In this document: piece after piece, positions 1 through 14,893 of the stretch | Numbering within the stretch: the stretch's first letter is position 1 | Layout: each line of letters begins with the position of its first letter | Source: Octopus vulgaris | Lineage: Eukaryota | NCBI GenBank assembly: GCA_951406725.2 | Contig: OX597827.1 | Location: 65,472,001 to 65,536,000 of the forward strand | DNA: 64,000 bases | Direction of reading: 5' to 3' | Translations under genes and position numbers: made by a program | The notes under the pieces: model-generated | Seen by the model: only the letters and a program-made list of their open reading frames with translations | The model's database searches: none | Told to the model about the DNA's origin: nothing

Positions 1-135
1 TGATATGTTTGCTGTTTCAAGTAAAAAAGATCAAGAAATACGATGGAAATATGAGGAATCATTCATAAAAAAGTCAAAAAACAAAACAGAAAATTAACAC
101 GAAGAGACATCTTAGTGCGTGAACACGTGTGAGTA

Positions 136-236
136 GTGTATGTCTATATACATAAGTGTGTGTATGTATATGAGTATATATATATGAGTGTGTGTATAGG
201 CATATATATATATATTTATATACCTGTATACATAGG

Positions 237-267
<31 letters not shown>

Positions 268-302
268 AGGCAAACACACACACACATACACACACACACA
301 CA

Positions 303-355
<53 letters not shown>

Positions 356-499
356 TTATATATACATGTATATATAAATATATATATAGGCATCTGTTTA
401 TATACATGATTATTTTTTTCGAAGGATGTACTTTAAGTTACAAACTGTTTGAGTTTGCGGATTGTACGTATGCTATGTATGCATATGTCTGTCTATCTA

Positions 500-589
<90 letters not shown>

Positions 590-701
590 ACTATGTATGC
601 ATGTATGTATCTATCTATCTATCCATGTATGTATGTAAGTATATATGTATATATGAATCTATCTATTTCTCTTCATGCTCTATCTATCTATCTCTACCTA
701 C

Positions 702-776
<75 letters not shown>

Positions 777-780
777 CTAG
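136..780. repeat. Compound microsatellite block (TA)n/(CA)n/(TC)n/(ATCT)n
   Basis: Simple repeats visible directly; overlapping YI/HT/LSIY ORFs are translations of them. Confidence 0.97.
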
Positions 781-1299
781 CCTATCCAACGTGTGAGCGT
801 GTTTGCGCGAGTGCTCCTTTTTATCATTAGTCTTTCTCCCTCTCCACCAATTCATTCTTTCTTAGACGATGTACATTTTTATTCCAGCTCCTCTCTTTGT
901 CACTCGTTCTCATTTGTTCAGTTACACTCGCAATTTCTCTTCTGCTATCAACATTTCTCACACATTTTCACAATCATAAACTCCATATTCCTCCACCCCC
1001 ACAAACATACACACACACACACACACCCTCCCGCTTTCTGTGTCTGTGCACCTCTTGGCACCTTTAATGTAGTATTGGTTTCACCCTTTGTACACTTGGT
1101 TATTCATCAAACCTCATCGACACATCCCTTATTTCTCACTCTTCAATTTTCATAAAGCTGTCTAACCTGTCTAACCTCCCTCTCTTGTCTTGTTTTGTCT
1201 TCTTACCTGCATATGAGTTTCCGTGTTATACCAACACGTACATACATACATACGCACATCCATGCATACATAAAAACACACATACAAACACAAATACAC

Positions 1300-1331
1300 A
1301 GATATATATGCATAAACGTAACATGGTAACC

Positions 1332-1400
<69 letters not shown>

Positions 1401-1445
1401 GGCAAATACACATAGACGCGCCTAAATGTGTACGATATATATGTA

Positions 1446-1499
<54 letters not shown>

Positions 1500-1643
1500 C
1501 ATATACACATTGTTGTTCATATATAATATATGACATATGTACAAAAATATACGTTAAAAAACTATGTATATTATATGTAAGTATATTCAATATATAAATA
1601 TACATATGTGTATATATATGTATATAAATATATGTATATGTAT

Positions 1644-1683
<40 letters not shown>

Positions 1684-1785
1684 GCATATTCATATAGGCA
1701 CATAAATCAATGTATGGATGTATATACGTATGAATGTGTGTGTATACACACACGCACATACATATGTATATATATGTATATATAT

Positions 1786-1824
<39 letters not shown>

Positions 1825-2070
1825 CATACATACATATATGTGTGTATATATATGTATGTATATACAGGTATATGAAAATATACGCATATCAATATATATA
1901 TGCATATATAGGAATATATGTATATATATATATATATACACGTGTGTGTGCATATATGCATATATATTTATTGGTGTATTTCTAACTACGTTTGTAATAA
2001 CACATATTTGCATGTGCCCGTGTGCGTGTGTATGCCTGTGTGTATATATGTATGTGTGTATGCGTTTCTC
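1300..2070. repeat. Degenerate (TA)n/(CA)n/(TATG)n microsatellite field
   Basis: Low-complexity dinucleotide and tetranucleotide repeats. Confidence 0.95.
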
Positions 2071-2829
2071 TGTGCACGCGGAAATAAACATACGCATCTA
2101 TAACTCACTCTTCTCCTTGTTAACTAACCTCTTAATCTTAACTTAAAGCTTAAACATACTTTCTCTTGTCTTTGAAACTCAATCGCCGCCTCTGCATTCT
2201 TTTACCCTCACGTCTGCTCATTCTCTTTTTCTCGCTTTCAATCTCTTCCCGCCGAAATGAAACTTTGTTCTATCCCCCTCCTCATCTCTCTCACGTTTTC
2301 ACAACGCGACTCTCCCATACAGTCTTTTTCTCTCTCTCTCTCAAACTATTTCTTCCTCTCCTCTCTCTCTCTCTCTGTATTTGTAACTACCGTTGTCTCA
2401 CTTCTTCCAGACATTAATTTCCTGTCTTCAAATATGCAGGTTTAACGATTCGTAAATAACGTCCTAGACTTTACAACGAAATTTTAAGATAGAAATATTT
2501 TTCGCGTCGAAGCTAAGAATAACATGTATCCAAAGTTTTGCCAGGGTCAAATTGCAAGCAACACTTATATACACAAATACTAATGCTTGAACAATCACAC
2601 ATAAACAGATTTGGAAACACTCATGGCGTTAAAGTTAAGAAGTCCGTTTCGCAATCATGAGGTACCGTATTCAATTGTAATATGAAGCAGCTTCCAAATA
2701 CACACAAACGCACATATACGAACATACAGACATATACGAACATACATACATACATACATACATACTTACATAGATAAATACGTACATATATACATACATA
2801 CTTATAGACATATATTTATATAGCTTTTA

Positions 2830-3330
2830 AGCAACTGACTCTGGATGTGAAAATCTGCAAATAGATAATTGTTTTGGAGAATTTGTTGCAGTTGCTTCCT
2901 CGAGAGTCATATCCCAATGATGATCATAGTCGTCCCAAAAAATCATAGAAAAACTCCCCGAAAACAATCGTAGTAATGAAAAGATAGGAATTTCAGGATT
3001 GCAGGTCCGGATTTGGCCCGGAATGATATTGATTTACTCCCTGTGTTGGCCTTCACATTCTAAAAATTTTTTTATATTACAAAAAAACTATTTTTTTGCA
3101 AAAAGTCACGTAAAAATATATCGCCGCAAACAATCAAAGTAATGAAAACTTGGGAATCCAAAATTTCAGGATTGTCTGTCCAGATTAGGACTAGAATATT
3201 TTTACTTTACTCACGGAATCAGCCTGATTCCAAAATGGTATGATATGTTGAGTTACAGCCTCTACGAATAAAGCTAAAAAATGTGACACACTGACACACT
3301 GAATTCACATTTATTACATTAATATATTAT
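2830..3330. mobile_element. Possible non-autonomous Helitron-like remnant with internal ~90 bp duplication
   Basis: aaacaatc..agtaatgaaaa..tttcaggattg..gtcc.gatt.g.c..gaat occurs twice (~2963 and ~3128); ends in a gacacac..cacatttat motif like the ends of the Helitrons at 24175 and 41412. Confidence 0.35.
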
Positions 3331-3334
3331 ATTA

Positions 3335-3537
3335 AGGCAGCGAGCTGGCAGAATCATTAGCCCGACGAGCGAAATGTTTAGTGATAGCCGTTAGAATTTG
3401 AGCTCGAATTCCGCCGAGGTCGACTTTGCCTTTCATCCTTTTGGGGGTCGATAAAATTAGTACCAGTTGCGTATTGGCATCGAAATAATCCCTTCCCTCA
3501 AAACCTGAGGCCTGGTGCTTCCAGTAGAAAGGATTTA
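3335..3537 (+). mobile_element. tRNA-derived SINE, family B (Deu/Nin-domain type)
   Basis: Head ggcagcgagctggcagaatcattagc, B-box-like gagctcgaattcc, core gcctttcatccttttgggggtcgataaaattagtaccag shared with several other copies. Confidence 0.85.
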
Positions 3538-4265
3538 TTGAAGTTGAAAAAGTGAAAGACACTGACACTCACATTTATAAAGTTTGATATGTTTAATTTT
3601 GGAGAAACTTTATTTCAGTTAAAATGAAGTTCATATATATACTACATTATTTCTACGGTGTAATTTATTATAACGGTGCATTCCTGTGCACATTTTAATT
3701 CATTATAATGGTGCATTCCTGCGGAGTGTTTAAGTTGAATTAGCCCGCAGTTAGAATTCGTTTCAAGTTGATAGGCGTAATTGTATAATTACCATTTTCG
3801 TTAACAGTTTATGATATGGTATTAAGCAACGTAGGTAATGAATAAAATATTTTGAATACAAATTTGGCAGTTATTATACATGTAAGTCCATGAAATGAGA
3901 TCGCAATTGTAGCAGACATTAGGGATCTTATAGCTTACCTGAAGCGTTTTGTATCATGATGCTACTTTTCTCGTAAAGCCTGACACAACCGCATTGAATA
4001 TTTTTTTCAATGAAAGTCATGTATTATACAGAAAAGCGAACACTTATAGCAAACGCACAAATAGAATAATGGCATGTACAAAAATAACTGTCAGAGCATG
4101 CTTATGAGTAAACAGCGTACGTGAAGTAACAAGGTTCATTGAAGGTAATGTACTGTTAACAGCAATAAGGGAAATGAAGCAAAATATCAATGAAATGCTT
4201 GCAGGAAGTCAGATTTCTAACGGCTACAGTTTGGCTTAGATGTGAAGATTGCAGTAGAGGAATAA

Positions 4266-6785
4266 CTACTGCAGGGCTGTTATGTAGAGGATACTTTTGG
4301 TTTTCCCTTCAGGTGCATAAATGAATAAGTTGTCTGGCTGGCCAACTCTGGAATAACTGACGTAGAACAGTCCGTGTGAAAATCATGATGTTCGAACGTT
4401 CAATCCGACAACTTTCAGCGACCGACCTTGTGATTTGTTAAGTGTCATGACGAAGATGAGTTTGAGAGGGAGCTGAAGTCTTTGCATAGGGTAAGGGCAG
4501 TCTATTTGGTGTAAGTGGGATTTTCGGAATGAAAACGATATCGTTGTTGCCTTGTCCCGTGATAATTTGGGATTCAATGACGTGGTTTATCATTGGTTGG
4601 ATCATAAGTATAATTCTATTAACTAGCGTGGGTACATTTAGATTGCCTAGGAGGATGAGAGGGCAACAGGTTTAGTGTTCATGGGGAGAGAGACCTGGAG
4701 GATCTTGAGATTTGAGAAATTCTGTTGGAAAGGCGCAGGAGTGACTGTGTGGTAAGTAGCTTGCTTACGAACTACATGGTTCTGGGTTCAGTCCCACTGC
4801 GTGGCACCTTGGGCAGGTGTCTTCTGCTATAGCCTCGGGCCGACCAAAGCCTTGTGAGTGGATTTGGTAGACGGAAACTGAAAGAAGACTGTCGTATATA
4901 TGTATATATATATATATATATATGTGTGTGCGTGTATGTTTGTGTGTCTGGGGTTGTCCCCCTAGCATTGCTTGACAACCGATGCTGGTGTGTTTATGTC
5001 CCCGCAACTTAGCGGTTCGGCAAAAGAGACCGATAGAATAAGTACTGGGCTTACAAAGAACAAGTCCCGGGGTCGAGTTGCTCGATTAAAGGCGGTGCTC
5101 CAGCATGGCCACAGTCAAATAACTGAAACAAGTAAAAAGAGAAAAAAAAAAAAGAGAAAGAGAGAGAAAAGTATGTAACTTGATCGAAGTCGACAATGTT
5201 GTCTAACAGATCCGTAGCAATATTCTGCAGAAGGTAACTGATTAAGTCATAGTTAAGAGTTTTGACAACTTTGTAGGTGCAAGAAAATCCTGTCGTAAAG
5301 CCAATCTGGTTTTATGTATCGCGTCGTAAGATTTGTGTAAACAGCAGAACATAAGACACTAGGGCTGGAGACATTGTGGCTAATGCATATGCTGTTGTCA
5401 ATGCATATGCTGTTGTCAGATGTAATTTATCCATTGCCGATTTTACCTTCATTCTCCTCATACACACAAATTCCAGGAATTGAGCTTTTTCTTACCTAGC
5501 CACCCCATTACTCCATAGTACTCCATAAGCGAAAAGTCTTAAGAGTGAACTACCATCTATAGAACATAAGTGATGTATGTGCCAAACGTGAGTTTCGAAA
5601 GAGGTTGACCTTTCTGTAGGAGTGATGTCATTGTTGTTTCAATTAGACATGCAACCAAAGGAGGGATTTTTTCAACGTGGGTATAACGATCATCAGCGGG
5701 TGTTCCTTTAGGAATAATAGGCATAGTTTGTCGCACCTCAAAGGATGTTGTTGTTTGATCTAAGGTCTCTCATTGTGGTATCAAGAGCTTGTAGGAAATA
5801 TTTATGGGACATAGCTGCTTCATCCCAAACAATAAATTCACACTTTTTTCAAAATTGTCGCTTCATCCGAGGAATGCATTATGTGGCACGTCGGGTTTTC
5901 TTGATGTGTTACATTGAAAGGCAATTTGAAGGCAGAGTATGCTGTTCGACCATCGTCGGGAGGAATCGAGGCTAATCCTGATGAGGCAACAGCAATAGCA
6001 AGGTCTGCATTATGCAGCAGCTTCGCAAGAAGAGGATTCAGGAAGAATGGTTCCAGTTTTACCGGTGCGTCTAAGAAGATGATTCTGCCAGTTTGTTTGT
6101 AGATGTTTCCGAGGACAAAAGTGTATGCGTCAGCTTGATCGGAATTCAGAAGGGGCATGTTGGCAGCAATGTACTGTTTGCGTTTGGTGAATTTGTAGGA
6201 TGTTGCTTTGTGAATAAGGTAACTGGAACATTTCTGACTGGAGTGTTGAGAGAAAAAGTGTCCAATCGTTGATCACCAATTGACATTGCTAAGTTTTCGA
6301 ATAGAAGAAGCCCTCTGTTGTTAATGGCAGGGATAGTGGAAGTGTCAACGCTTTACCTACTATGATAAGATGCGTTCGTCCCATCCTGTAGGGGTAACAT
6401 TACTCATTATATTCCCTTAAAGCAACGATCATCTATATTGTTTATTTACGTGCTATGAATAGGGGTTTAAGGGATACAGATATAAGGGAGACAATCAATT
6501 TCTGAATATCACATCGCAAAACGTTACCTTCATTGTCCCCATACACACAAATTCCGGGAATTGAGCTTTTTCTTACCTAGCCGCCCCATTACTCCATATT
6601 ACTCCATAAGCAAAAAGTCTGAAGAGTGAACTACCATCTATAGAACATAAGTGATGTATGTGCCAAACGTAACCGAAATAGGGTGAAAATATTAATTTTC
6701 ATGGGGTTCAGTTAAATGGCCTGTTACTTTGGTACACAAACACACACACACACTTCTTCCGTCTTATATATATATATACTAAAGA
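4266..6785 (-). mobile_element. Decayed Helitron (PIF1-like RepHel helicase fragments) interrupted by a SINE
   Basis: Minus-strand fragments IFLDAP..AIAVASSGLAS..GRTAYSAFKLP, IVWDEAAMSHKYFLQALD, QLPLKLIFVMTLNKSQGRSLKVVGL, FSHGLFYVSYSRVG..LFIYAPEGKTK; stops and frameshifts; probable 5' TC terminus near 6785; 3' CTAG end not located. Confidence 0.88.
4732..5170 (+). mobile_element. tRNA-derived SINE, family A (central TA/TG microsatellite), inserted in the Helitron helicase
   Basis: Head ggcgcaggagtgactgtgtggtaag, B box gggttcagtccc, tail aaaggcggtgctccagcatggccacagtcaaataactgaaacaagtaaaaag; helicase sequence resumes on both sides. Confidence 0.92.
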
Positions 6786-6872
6786 TAGCAAAAAACGATA
6801 GCGTTCACTTTGTTGATGACATGTCAAAGACGCATAGTTAAAGAAAGTTGTACATCATATGTATAGACGTAT

Positions 6873-6944
<72 letters not shown>

Positions 6945-7899
6945 GGATGAATATGTTACTGAAGTTGGGGCACCAGAATTTTGTACGGTATTATCCATAT
7001 AATTTCAAAATAAGGTGATTAAAATCAAAGTAAGCAACAAGGATATCCAGGTGGTAATGCAGTACGATCCTTTCAAGCAACTCCATTTAATTGTACACGC
7101 ACGTGAGACATCATCTTGTTAATGCCAAGCAAGTCCAGATATGAATTACCTTTCACAGAGCCCTGAGGATAAAATGGTCCAATTACTTGATTGTGCCAAA
7201 TACCACACCATTACCTTCCCCCCCCCCGCCTTGTGGATTTTCAGCCTTCATCCAATGAGGATTGATTTTTTTTTTTGTGAGTAATATCGGCATCTGTGAA
7301 AAGAGATAATAGAATGAATATTACCACTTTCGCATATTGAAGGCTGCTGCGCGACTTTATGGTCACTCTGTATTATATATATTTATAGTCTTCGAAAGGC
7401 AAACTTGACCGCAGGAGAATTTCACTTCACATCACAGCCAAGAGAAGCGGAATATTTTACCGCAAAAAATTATCCGAATATGTCAGAAACATCTGACGGT
7501 CGCGCTCATGCATATATTTATGTATACACACACACAAACACATAGACACGCATATACACACACACATATACAAACACGCATTTAAACATAGATAGATAAA
7601 TAGATAAAAAATATACACTGTGAAGAAAATAGATAGAGTGATACATAGACAGGCATTATACAGAGATATAAAGGTGTGTGAAAAGAGGAAGAGGGAGAAA
7701 GTAGAAGATGGAGAGCTGAAAAGCTATTATTGATAAAGGGATAAAAAGGAGAATAAACATGTAAATATATAGTGTTGGAAACACGGAATTTTGTGTTATA
7801 AATATCTAAATCTATTATTAAATGGAAGTCAATATGTTTGTATTAGCAACGATCCAGTCAAGTGTATAGAACTGAATTGAGAGATATAGCCATCTAATC

Positions 7900-8116
7900 A
7901 CATGTATACATATATATAGATATTACTGTGTTATTATTTTTTTTTTGTATAGATAGAAACACACTCACATACATATGTATAAATACTTATATATATATAT
8001 ATATATAAACGTAGATAATAGACATATGAATATGTAAATATAAGTATTTTCTATATACATTTAAAGATATATACGTATGTGTGTGTGTGTACATGTACGT
8101 ATCTATGTATGTCTGC

Positions 8117-8149
<33 letters not shown>

Positions 8150-8383
8150 ATTGAAATATATGTATACACTTATAAATATGAAATGAAACATATACCTATA
8201 CATGTATATATGCTTACACACATGCACATGTACACACACACACATATATATATATATGTGTGTATATATATATACATATAACGTACCTGCGTTTGCATAT
8301 CTATATCTATCTATCAATCTATTTGTCTGTCTGTTTGTCTGACTATCCGTGTATCTATCTATTTATATAAATCATATATATGA

Positions 8384-8442
<59 letters not shown>

Positions 8443-8840
8443 ATCTCTGTCTTCACTGTGTCTGGAACACACAGATAAAATATATGATGCATTCATACAC
8501 ATCTGTATATATATATATATATACACATACATAAATAAACATACGCACGCATACCCACCCACACATATGTATGTATACACATATGTATGCTTGTATATAT
8601 GTCTACGTTATGTTTGTATGTACATGCATTTACTCCTTCCTACTGTTCTGTCTTTCTGTTTCCTTCTCTCTCTCTCTCTCTCTCTCGTTCTGTCCTCCTC
8701 TCCCTGTCAATCTATATGTATATGTACATATTCAATATACATACTAAAGGAAACACACACATATATCACACTCTCTCTCACACATGCATATACAATCATA
8801 TACACACAAACACATCAATGCTTAGCGTGTGTGTTTGTAT
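7900..8840. repeat. Compound microsatellite field
   Basis: (TA)n, (TG)n, (CA)n, (TC)n tracts. Confidence 0.9.
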
Positions 8841-9409
8841 GGATAATTATAGTAAAATGAAATTCTATGGCTATAATTATATATAAAAAATGATAGTGCA
8901 TATCATATTTTCCAGACAAAAAAACGGGGAAGAATGAAATAACTGTCGAAGAGAACATTATTAATGCCCCAAATCCTCTGATTTCGATGTCTGATAACCA
9001 CACATTTGATATAAAATTTCTAAACATATATTTTTCATTATCCGTTACTCCTCATTCGCTCTCTAATTTCCTCTTTGTTTCTTTCTATCTCTGCTTCTTA
9101 ATCACTCATCATCTTTGTAATATCTCGGTGTTTAATTTCTATATTAGTACACGCAATCAAAATTGTTTTTAAATGCTATTATACTATAATTATTTTCTCG
9201 TTGTCTATACGGGGGAAGTAACAATTATGGCAGTTTTATTTAATTTTCACGCTGTTATTTTATTGTTAACTGATAAATCTGAAGCAAATATTTTTATATG
9301 CTTGTAAGTGTATACTTTTCATTGTGAATTTCTAATTTCATCTGCGTACTATTCAATATATTTGTCATAAAACATATATTCATACACGAACACATACACA
9401 CACATATAC

Positions 9410-9515
<106 letters not shown>

Positions 9516-9535
9516 TTGTATGTATGTATGTATGC

Positions 9536-9602
<67 letters not shown>

Positions 9603-9779
9603 TACGAAGGAGAAATTTTACAATGATGAGTAAAACACGGGTACAGTTTCGATTACTTGTTGTTATCCGTAGATTTATTGCAGGAACTTCGTAGCGGCGG
9701 TTGGGATAACAGTATTAATGAAATAGGGGATAGAATGTGGAATAGACTTTATTGGGTACAATACCTTTCGACCCATTTT

Positions 9780-10086
<307 letters not shown>

Positions 10087-10099
10087 GTATACGTGCCCA

Positions 10100-13000
10100 T
10101 ATCATTGGAATTTTGCAGATTTCAGTGTAAGAGGAATAGAATATAGAATATTCGAGAAAAGATTTAGAACATTTTATTTTTTGTAACTGAATATGTGCGA
10201 CGCTAGTTCTCGCACATCCTATTTCGTACGGCACGCGAGAACAGTCTTTTATTTCGATATTTCTCTGTTTTCTTTTCTTCTTTATGTTTTGTCTCTTTCT
10301 ATGGTTTAATTCTACGTCTGTAATGGTCGTTTGTTAAGCCGATGTCTATGGATATGGAAATTATTATTTCATGTGACAATTCGCTCCTTACTTCATTGTT
10401 ATTGGTCTCCTGACGGTTCTTTATAAGTACGCATTTTTCAGGTACTAACTTTCTAAGATTAAATTAACTGAAATTATTATCGTTAAATCATTTTCTATTG
10501 GATGTTTCAGTAACTGATCTTCTTTCTCATTGTGTAAATATGTTCATTTTTGTTTAACCGTTTTAAGGTATCCAACAGATTTTTATCTCTAGTTGGGACG
10601 GTAGATGTCCGTAGTGTCCCTCCCGTTTGCGTGATTCATGTACTCTTCTATTCTTCATAGCTTGTCGACAATGAAGTTACAAACAGTTTATAATCCATTT
10701 ATTCTGGCACCTATAATTATATCATAATGTATGTGCTTTAGTGGACCATATCCTAGAACTGTTAATGTAAAACATGGTAAGGCATGGCTTGCATAAAATG
10801 GTGATTTGTATATTTGTTTGTTCATTAATCTCAGGTAAATCCCAAAATTTGGTTGGATAATATATTGGGGTTTCTTCAGATAATCTGCAGAGATGAGTAA
10901 CCGTATTTCGTATATATGGATTTCAAAGTTTGTCTTGATTTAATATAATTCTTTGCTGTTAGTTTCTCCCCAAATATTGTTACCTTGTAAAATAAATTTT
11001 TACAGGCAATTTTCTCTAACATTTCTTGTGGATTTGAACCGTTGCATTTGTACCTGATTTTAGCTCTTTGCTGTCGGTCTCTAAATGTATAAAAAAGACT
11101 TTGTTCTCGGTATCTTGTGGTGTTGTAGCTGACTTAGGTAGATTAGTCTCGTTCTTATATTTGGTGCTACGTCGCTGAATTTCGGTTTGTACCATGTGGT
11201 GTCCTATTAATGTTTTTTTCTAATGTACGCTCCTTTGTATTCTATCATTGCTTTACAAACGTATTTTTTTTTCAAAAGCTACATTGCAGAACAATTTTGG
11301 GCCAAGGAAAACTGGGTTGCAACAAAGGCTTTTCTTTACTGAAAATAATTGAATGTAATTACATCTGTTCAATGATGCTAACATGTTCTGACCAGTAACA
11401 AAACGTTAGTCAGTGATCCTGTCGTCAAATTACCGACAAATTCTTTCCTTTTTAGCGGTGTCGTGTTTCTCGAAATCACTTACGTAGGAATAATAAATCC
11501 CTGAACGAGATATAAACAGTAGCTGCACAACAATGTGAAGTATATTTGCCACTTAAATGTGGCTAAGCACTAAGGGTGGATGCTACTGTAGCTTGTAACT
11601 CCAGGGGAACATCTTCTCCAGCTGGCTATTAACACACTATTGCAATTACTGATAGGGCACAGAAAGTGTGTCAATAGCTAGCTGGGGAAGATGTTCTCCT
11701 GGGGCTACACGCTACAGTAGCATCCACCCTTAGTGGTTAGCCACATTTAAGTGCCAAATATACTTCACTTATCTTGACAGCTGCAGCACAGAGTTATCAA
11801 GAGAAATGAACACGTAGGACATGCGTTAAAAATAACTGAGGGAAAATTATGGATCTCTGTCGAGCGAGACACGAAGCAGACGATCTTCATTCGACTGCTC
11901 ATGCAGATATTTCTGACAAAGTTATCTTTGAAGTATTAAAAACACTTATAATTGTTTGATATCACTCGTCTACATAGTCTGTCAAATCCTGTATTATTTC
12001 TCAATTGCCATATTTGCAACTCAAATGTATCGAACAGCTTCGTTCCTTAGTACACGTGTTTAGTATTAGGCATCAAATCTTTCGTATTCAATTTTGGGAA
12101 AAGTTTCAAGTGCAATTCTCATTGTTCCTAATTCGATTATAGATCCCCTTCCGAAAGATTTTACAAGATCAATTAACTCATAATGATTCTTTCTATTACT
12201 TCTATTACTATTTTACCGATTCTTTAATATTTCCGCTCAATCTAACTCTTACATCTATCTAGTTTGTATTTTCGTATCTAGCTTTCTAATTTGTTCATTA
12301 TATGAACTCGGTGACACAAATGTAATATTCAAGCGTCAGTTCCTGGTTCCCAATAGAAATATGACGTTTAGGTTAATTACACCTATCAAAATCGTGTCAC
12401 GTGTTTATTTGAGAGTCTATAGAAGATCTTGTCGCCCGCTCTATGTATTACTCAAAGTATGGTCGAAATTTGCCCATTGGTGCATCTATTTAAAACAACT
12501 GGAAACATTTCAGTATATCCAAAGCATCGTTGCATCCCTCCATCCTAATGGCTAGAAGATATCATTTATTTCGCCTACTTATCGGCGAGAAAATTATCGA
12601 AGATCTTATGACCTCTAGCTGTACTTCCTCCATCGATGTATAAACGGCTAAAATTTTCAGCTCATATTCTACAGGCTTTTGACATATAGAAACACCATTC
12701 ATAACAACATAGACCCTGACCTAAAGAGACCTACACATCGTTGTAACCCAGGCGAATTTGTACTGACTAACTCTCAGAATGTAAATATGGCTGACAAATT
12801 TGGAACTATATCGGGAAAGATTATTTACTTTAATTTGTTGTTAGCTTGGGGTACTTAAACGTTGTGTCCTTCTGAAATTTATGAGATATAGTAATTTATC
12901 TCTTGTCCTTAGTGCTTTTGTTTTATATTTTACATTGTTTCGTCCATCATTTCGTCCATCGGCTTTCTTTTCTCGTCGTAAGACCTTAGATTTGACGAAC

Positions 13001-13150
13001 GGCCGTATCTTAATTCTCAACTACTTTAAAGTAAGGTAGCCACTTTCGGGCAGCCTTCTTTATTTTCCATCTTGGATTACCATGTTTATATAAGTCCCAT
13101 GCAATCGAATAAATTTGAAATGTAACTGATCCTTCGTTCTGCATCTGTGT
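10100..13150 (-). mobile_element. Heavily decayed Penelope-like element (possible GIY-YIG remnant)
   Basis: Minus-strand IGLTNDHYRRR..EKYRNKKTVLA near 10230-10345 resembles the PLE endonuclease YIGLT..F..R..H..KY.N.T.LS; encloses a fold-back at 11535-11768; boundaries uncertain. Confidence 0.3.
11535..11768. repeat. Imperfect inverted repeat, ~100 bp arms
   Basis: gtgaagtatatttgccacttaaatgtggctaa..taagggtggatgctactgtagc versus gctacagtagcatccacccttag..ttagccacatttaagtgccaaatatacttcac. Confidence 0.93.
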
Positions 13151-13536
13151 TAAAGAGGAAATATTTCAAGTGTCAGTGCTCAAGCTGCTCCGTAAATATT
13201 TCTGATAATAAGTAGGAATGCATCTTTTTGTTTTCTCTTCCTATTTCTTAGCGCAGTCAAGCAACATTATCCCATTAGCAACAGCAACAGTAGGTGAAGC
13301 AGCAACAGTAACAGTCTCCTTCTTTTGTTTATTGCATGAATATGCTTTCTAGCAGATCGTGATCTCATCTTTCTCTCTTTCAGAGAACACATAGCTATGA
13401 CTACCCTTGCTTCTCTGTTCTACAAGCACGTACGATACCGCTGAATGATTCTTGGTGATATATACTTGTCATTGCCCTATCTTTACTGAGATATCCTTAA
13501 GATCCAGTTATTCCCAGAGCACGGAAGGTTAGAAGA

Positions 13537-13612
13537 ATGATATGGAATGGAATGGTAATTGGTGTTTTGTTTGTTTTTATCCTTCCAACTTTTGTTGTAG
13601 CTGCCAAACTTG
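13537..13612 (+). CDS. Candidate first coding exon encoding a signal peptide (MIWNGMVIGVLFVFILPTFVVAAKL)
   Basis: Pyrimidine-rich acceptor ctttctctctttcag ending 13383; ATG 13537; hydrophobic core ending V-A-A; phase-1 donor G|gtaatg at 13612/13613; no homolog recognised. Confidence 0.4.
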
Positions 13613-13806
13613 GTAATGAAATTTATTTTTGTCTGTTTGTTCATATCCATGTGAACGTTCAAGTTGAAGCATGTACAGAACCTTTTAACTCTCGATATTT
13701 CTATTTTCGTTTGCATTTTACAACATTTTACAACGTTAAATCTGAACTTTGTTTACATTTTAACATATGTATAGATACATGCATGTATACGTGCATACAG
13801 GCATAC

Positions 13807-13854
<48 letters not shown>

Positions 13855-14210
13855 CATATATGTTTATATATTTATATATGTTAATATATATACACACACG
13901 CACACATATATATGCATATATATATATATATATATAGATATATATATATACTGCCATTATGAAAGACTCCTGCAACCACCATTTTTAAGGACGCCAAGCT
14001 TTGTTTTTTCTACATTTCTTAGAATGCCTCGCGGCAGAAAGCAAATGCATTCCTTCAGTTCCAAACAAGAAGAAAACAAAATAAGTAACCACGTGAATCT
14101 TAAAACGAGATACCAAATAGCATACATTACTTTAAGGAATACAAACATATAGTAAAAAAAAGTTTGCCGGAAAAGGTGCAGCTATTGTTAATTTCAAAAT
14201 ATTATTGACA

Positions 14211-14404
14211 CTCTTTTACTCTTTTACTTGTTTTAGTCATTTGACTGCGGCCATGCTGGTGCACTGTCTTTGCTTGAACCCAGGACTTATTCTTTGTAAG
14301 TCTAGTACTTATTCTATCGGTCTCTTTTGCCGAACCGCTAGAATAACGGGGTGTAAACCGCTAGGATACGGGGGCGATGTTGGGGGGACAGACACAGACA
14401 CACA

Positions 14405-14438
<34 letters not shown>

Positions 14439-14637
14439 TATATATATATATATATAAATATATAAATATATACGACAGGCTTCTTTCAGTTTCCTTCTAC
14501 CAAATCTACTCACAAAGCTTTGGTCGGCCCGAGGCTATAGTAGAAATCACTTGCCCAAGGTACCACGCAGTGGGACTGAACCCGGAACCATGTGTTTGGT
14601 AAGCAAGCTACTTGCCACACAGTTAGCCACTCCTTCA

Positions 14638-14640
<3 letters not shown>
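14211..14640 (-). mobile_element. tRNA-derived SINE, family A
   Basis: Reverse complement of the 4732-5170 type including the central CA/TA tract. Confidence 0.9.
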
Positions 14641-14701
<61 letters not shown>

Positions 14702-14861
14702 CATGCACGTATACATGCACGTATACATGCACGTATATGCGTATGTATGCATATATGTATGTATGTATATATGCATGTATGTATGTATGTATGTATGTAT
14801 GTATGTATGTATGCATGTATGTATCTATGCATGTATGTATGTATGTATGTATGTATGTATG

Positions 14862-14890
<29 letters not shown>
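14641..14890. repeat. (TA)n/(TATG)n microsatellite
   Basis: Direct observation. Confidence 0.95.

Positions 14891-14893
<3 letters not shown>

Noticed and set aside
2257-2445. ORF MKLCSIPLLISLTFSQ.. looking like a signal peptide
   Set aside because: Leu/Ser bias comes from a pyrimidine-rich (TC)n tract; no convincing exon structure
4765-5178. Recurring peptides such as SVSVYQIHSQGFGRPEAIVEDTCPRCHAVG (also 28006, 37110, 44466)
   Set aside because: Translations of SINE family A, not a gene family
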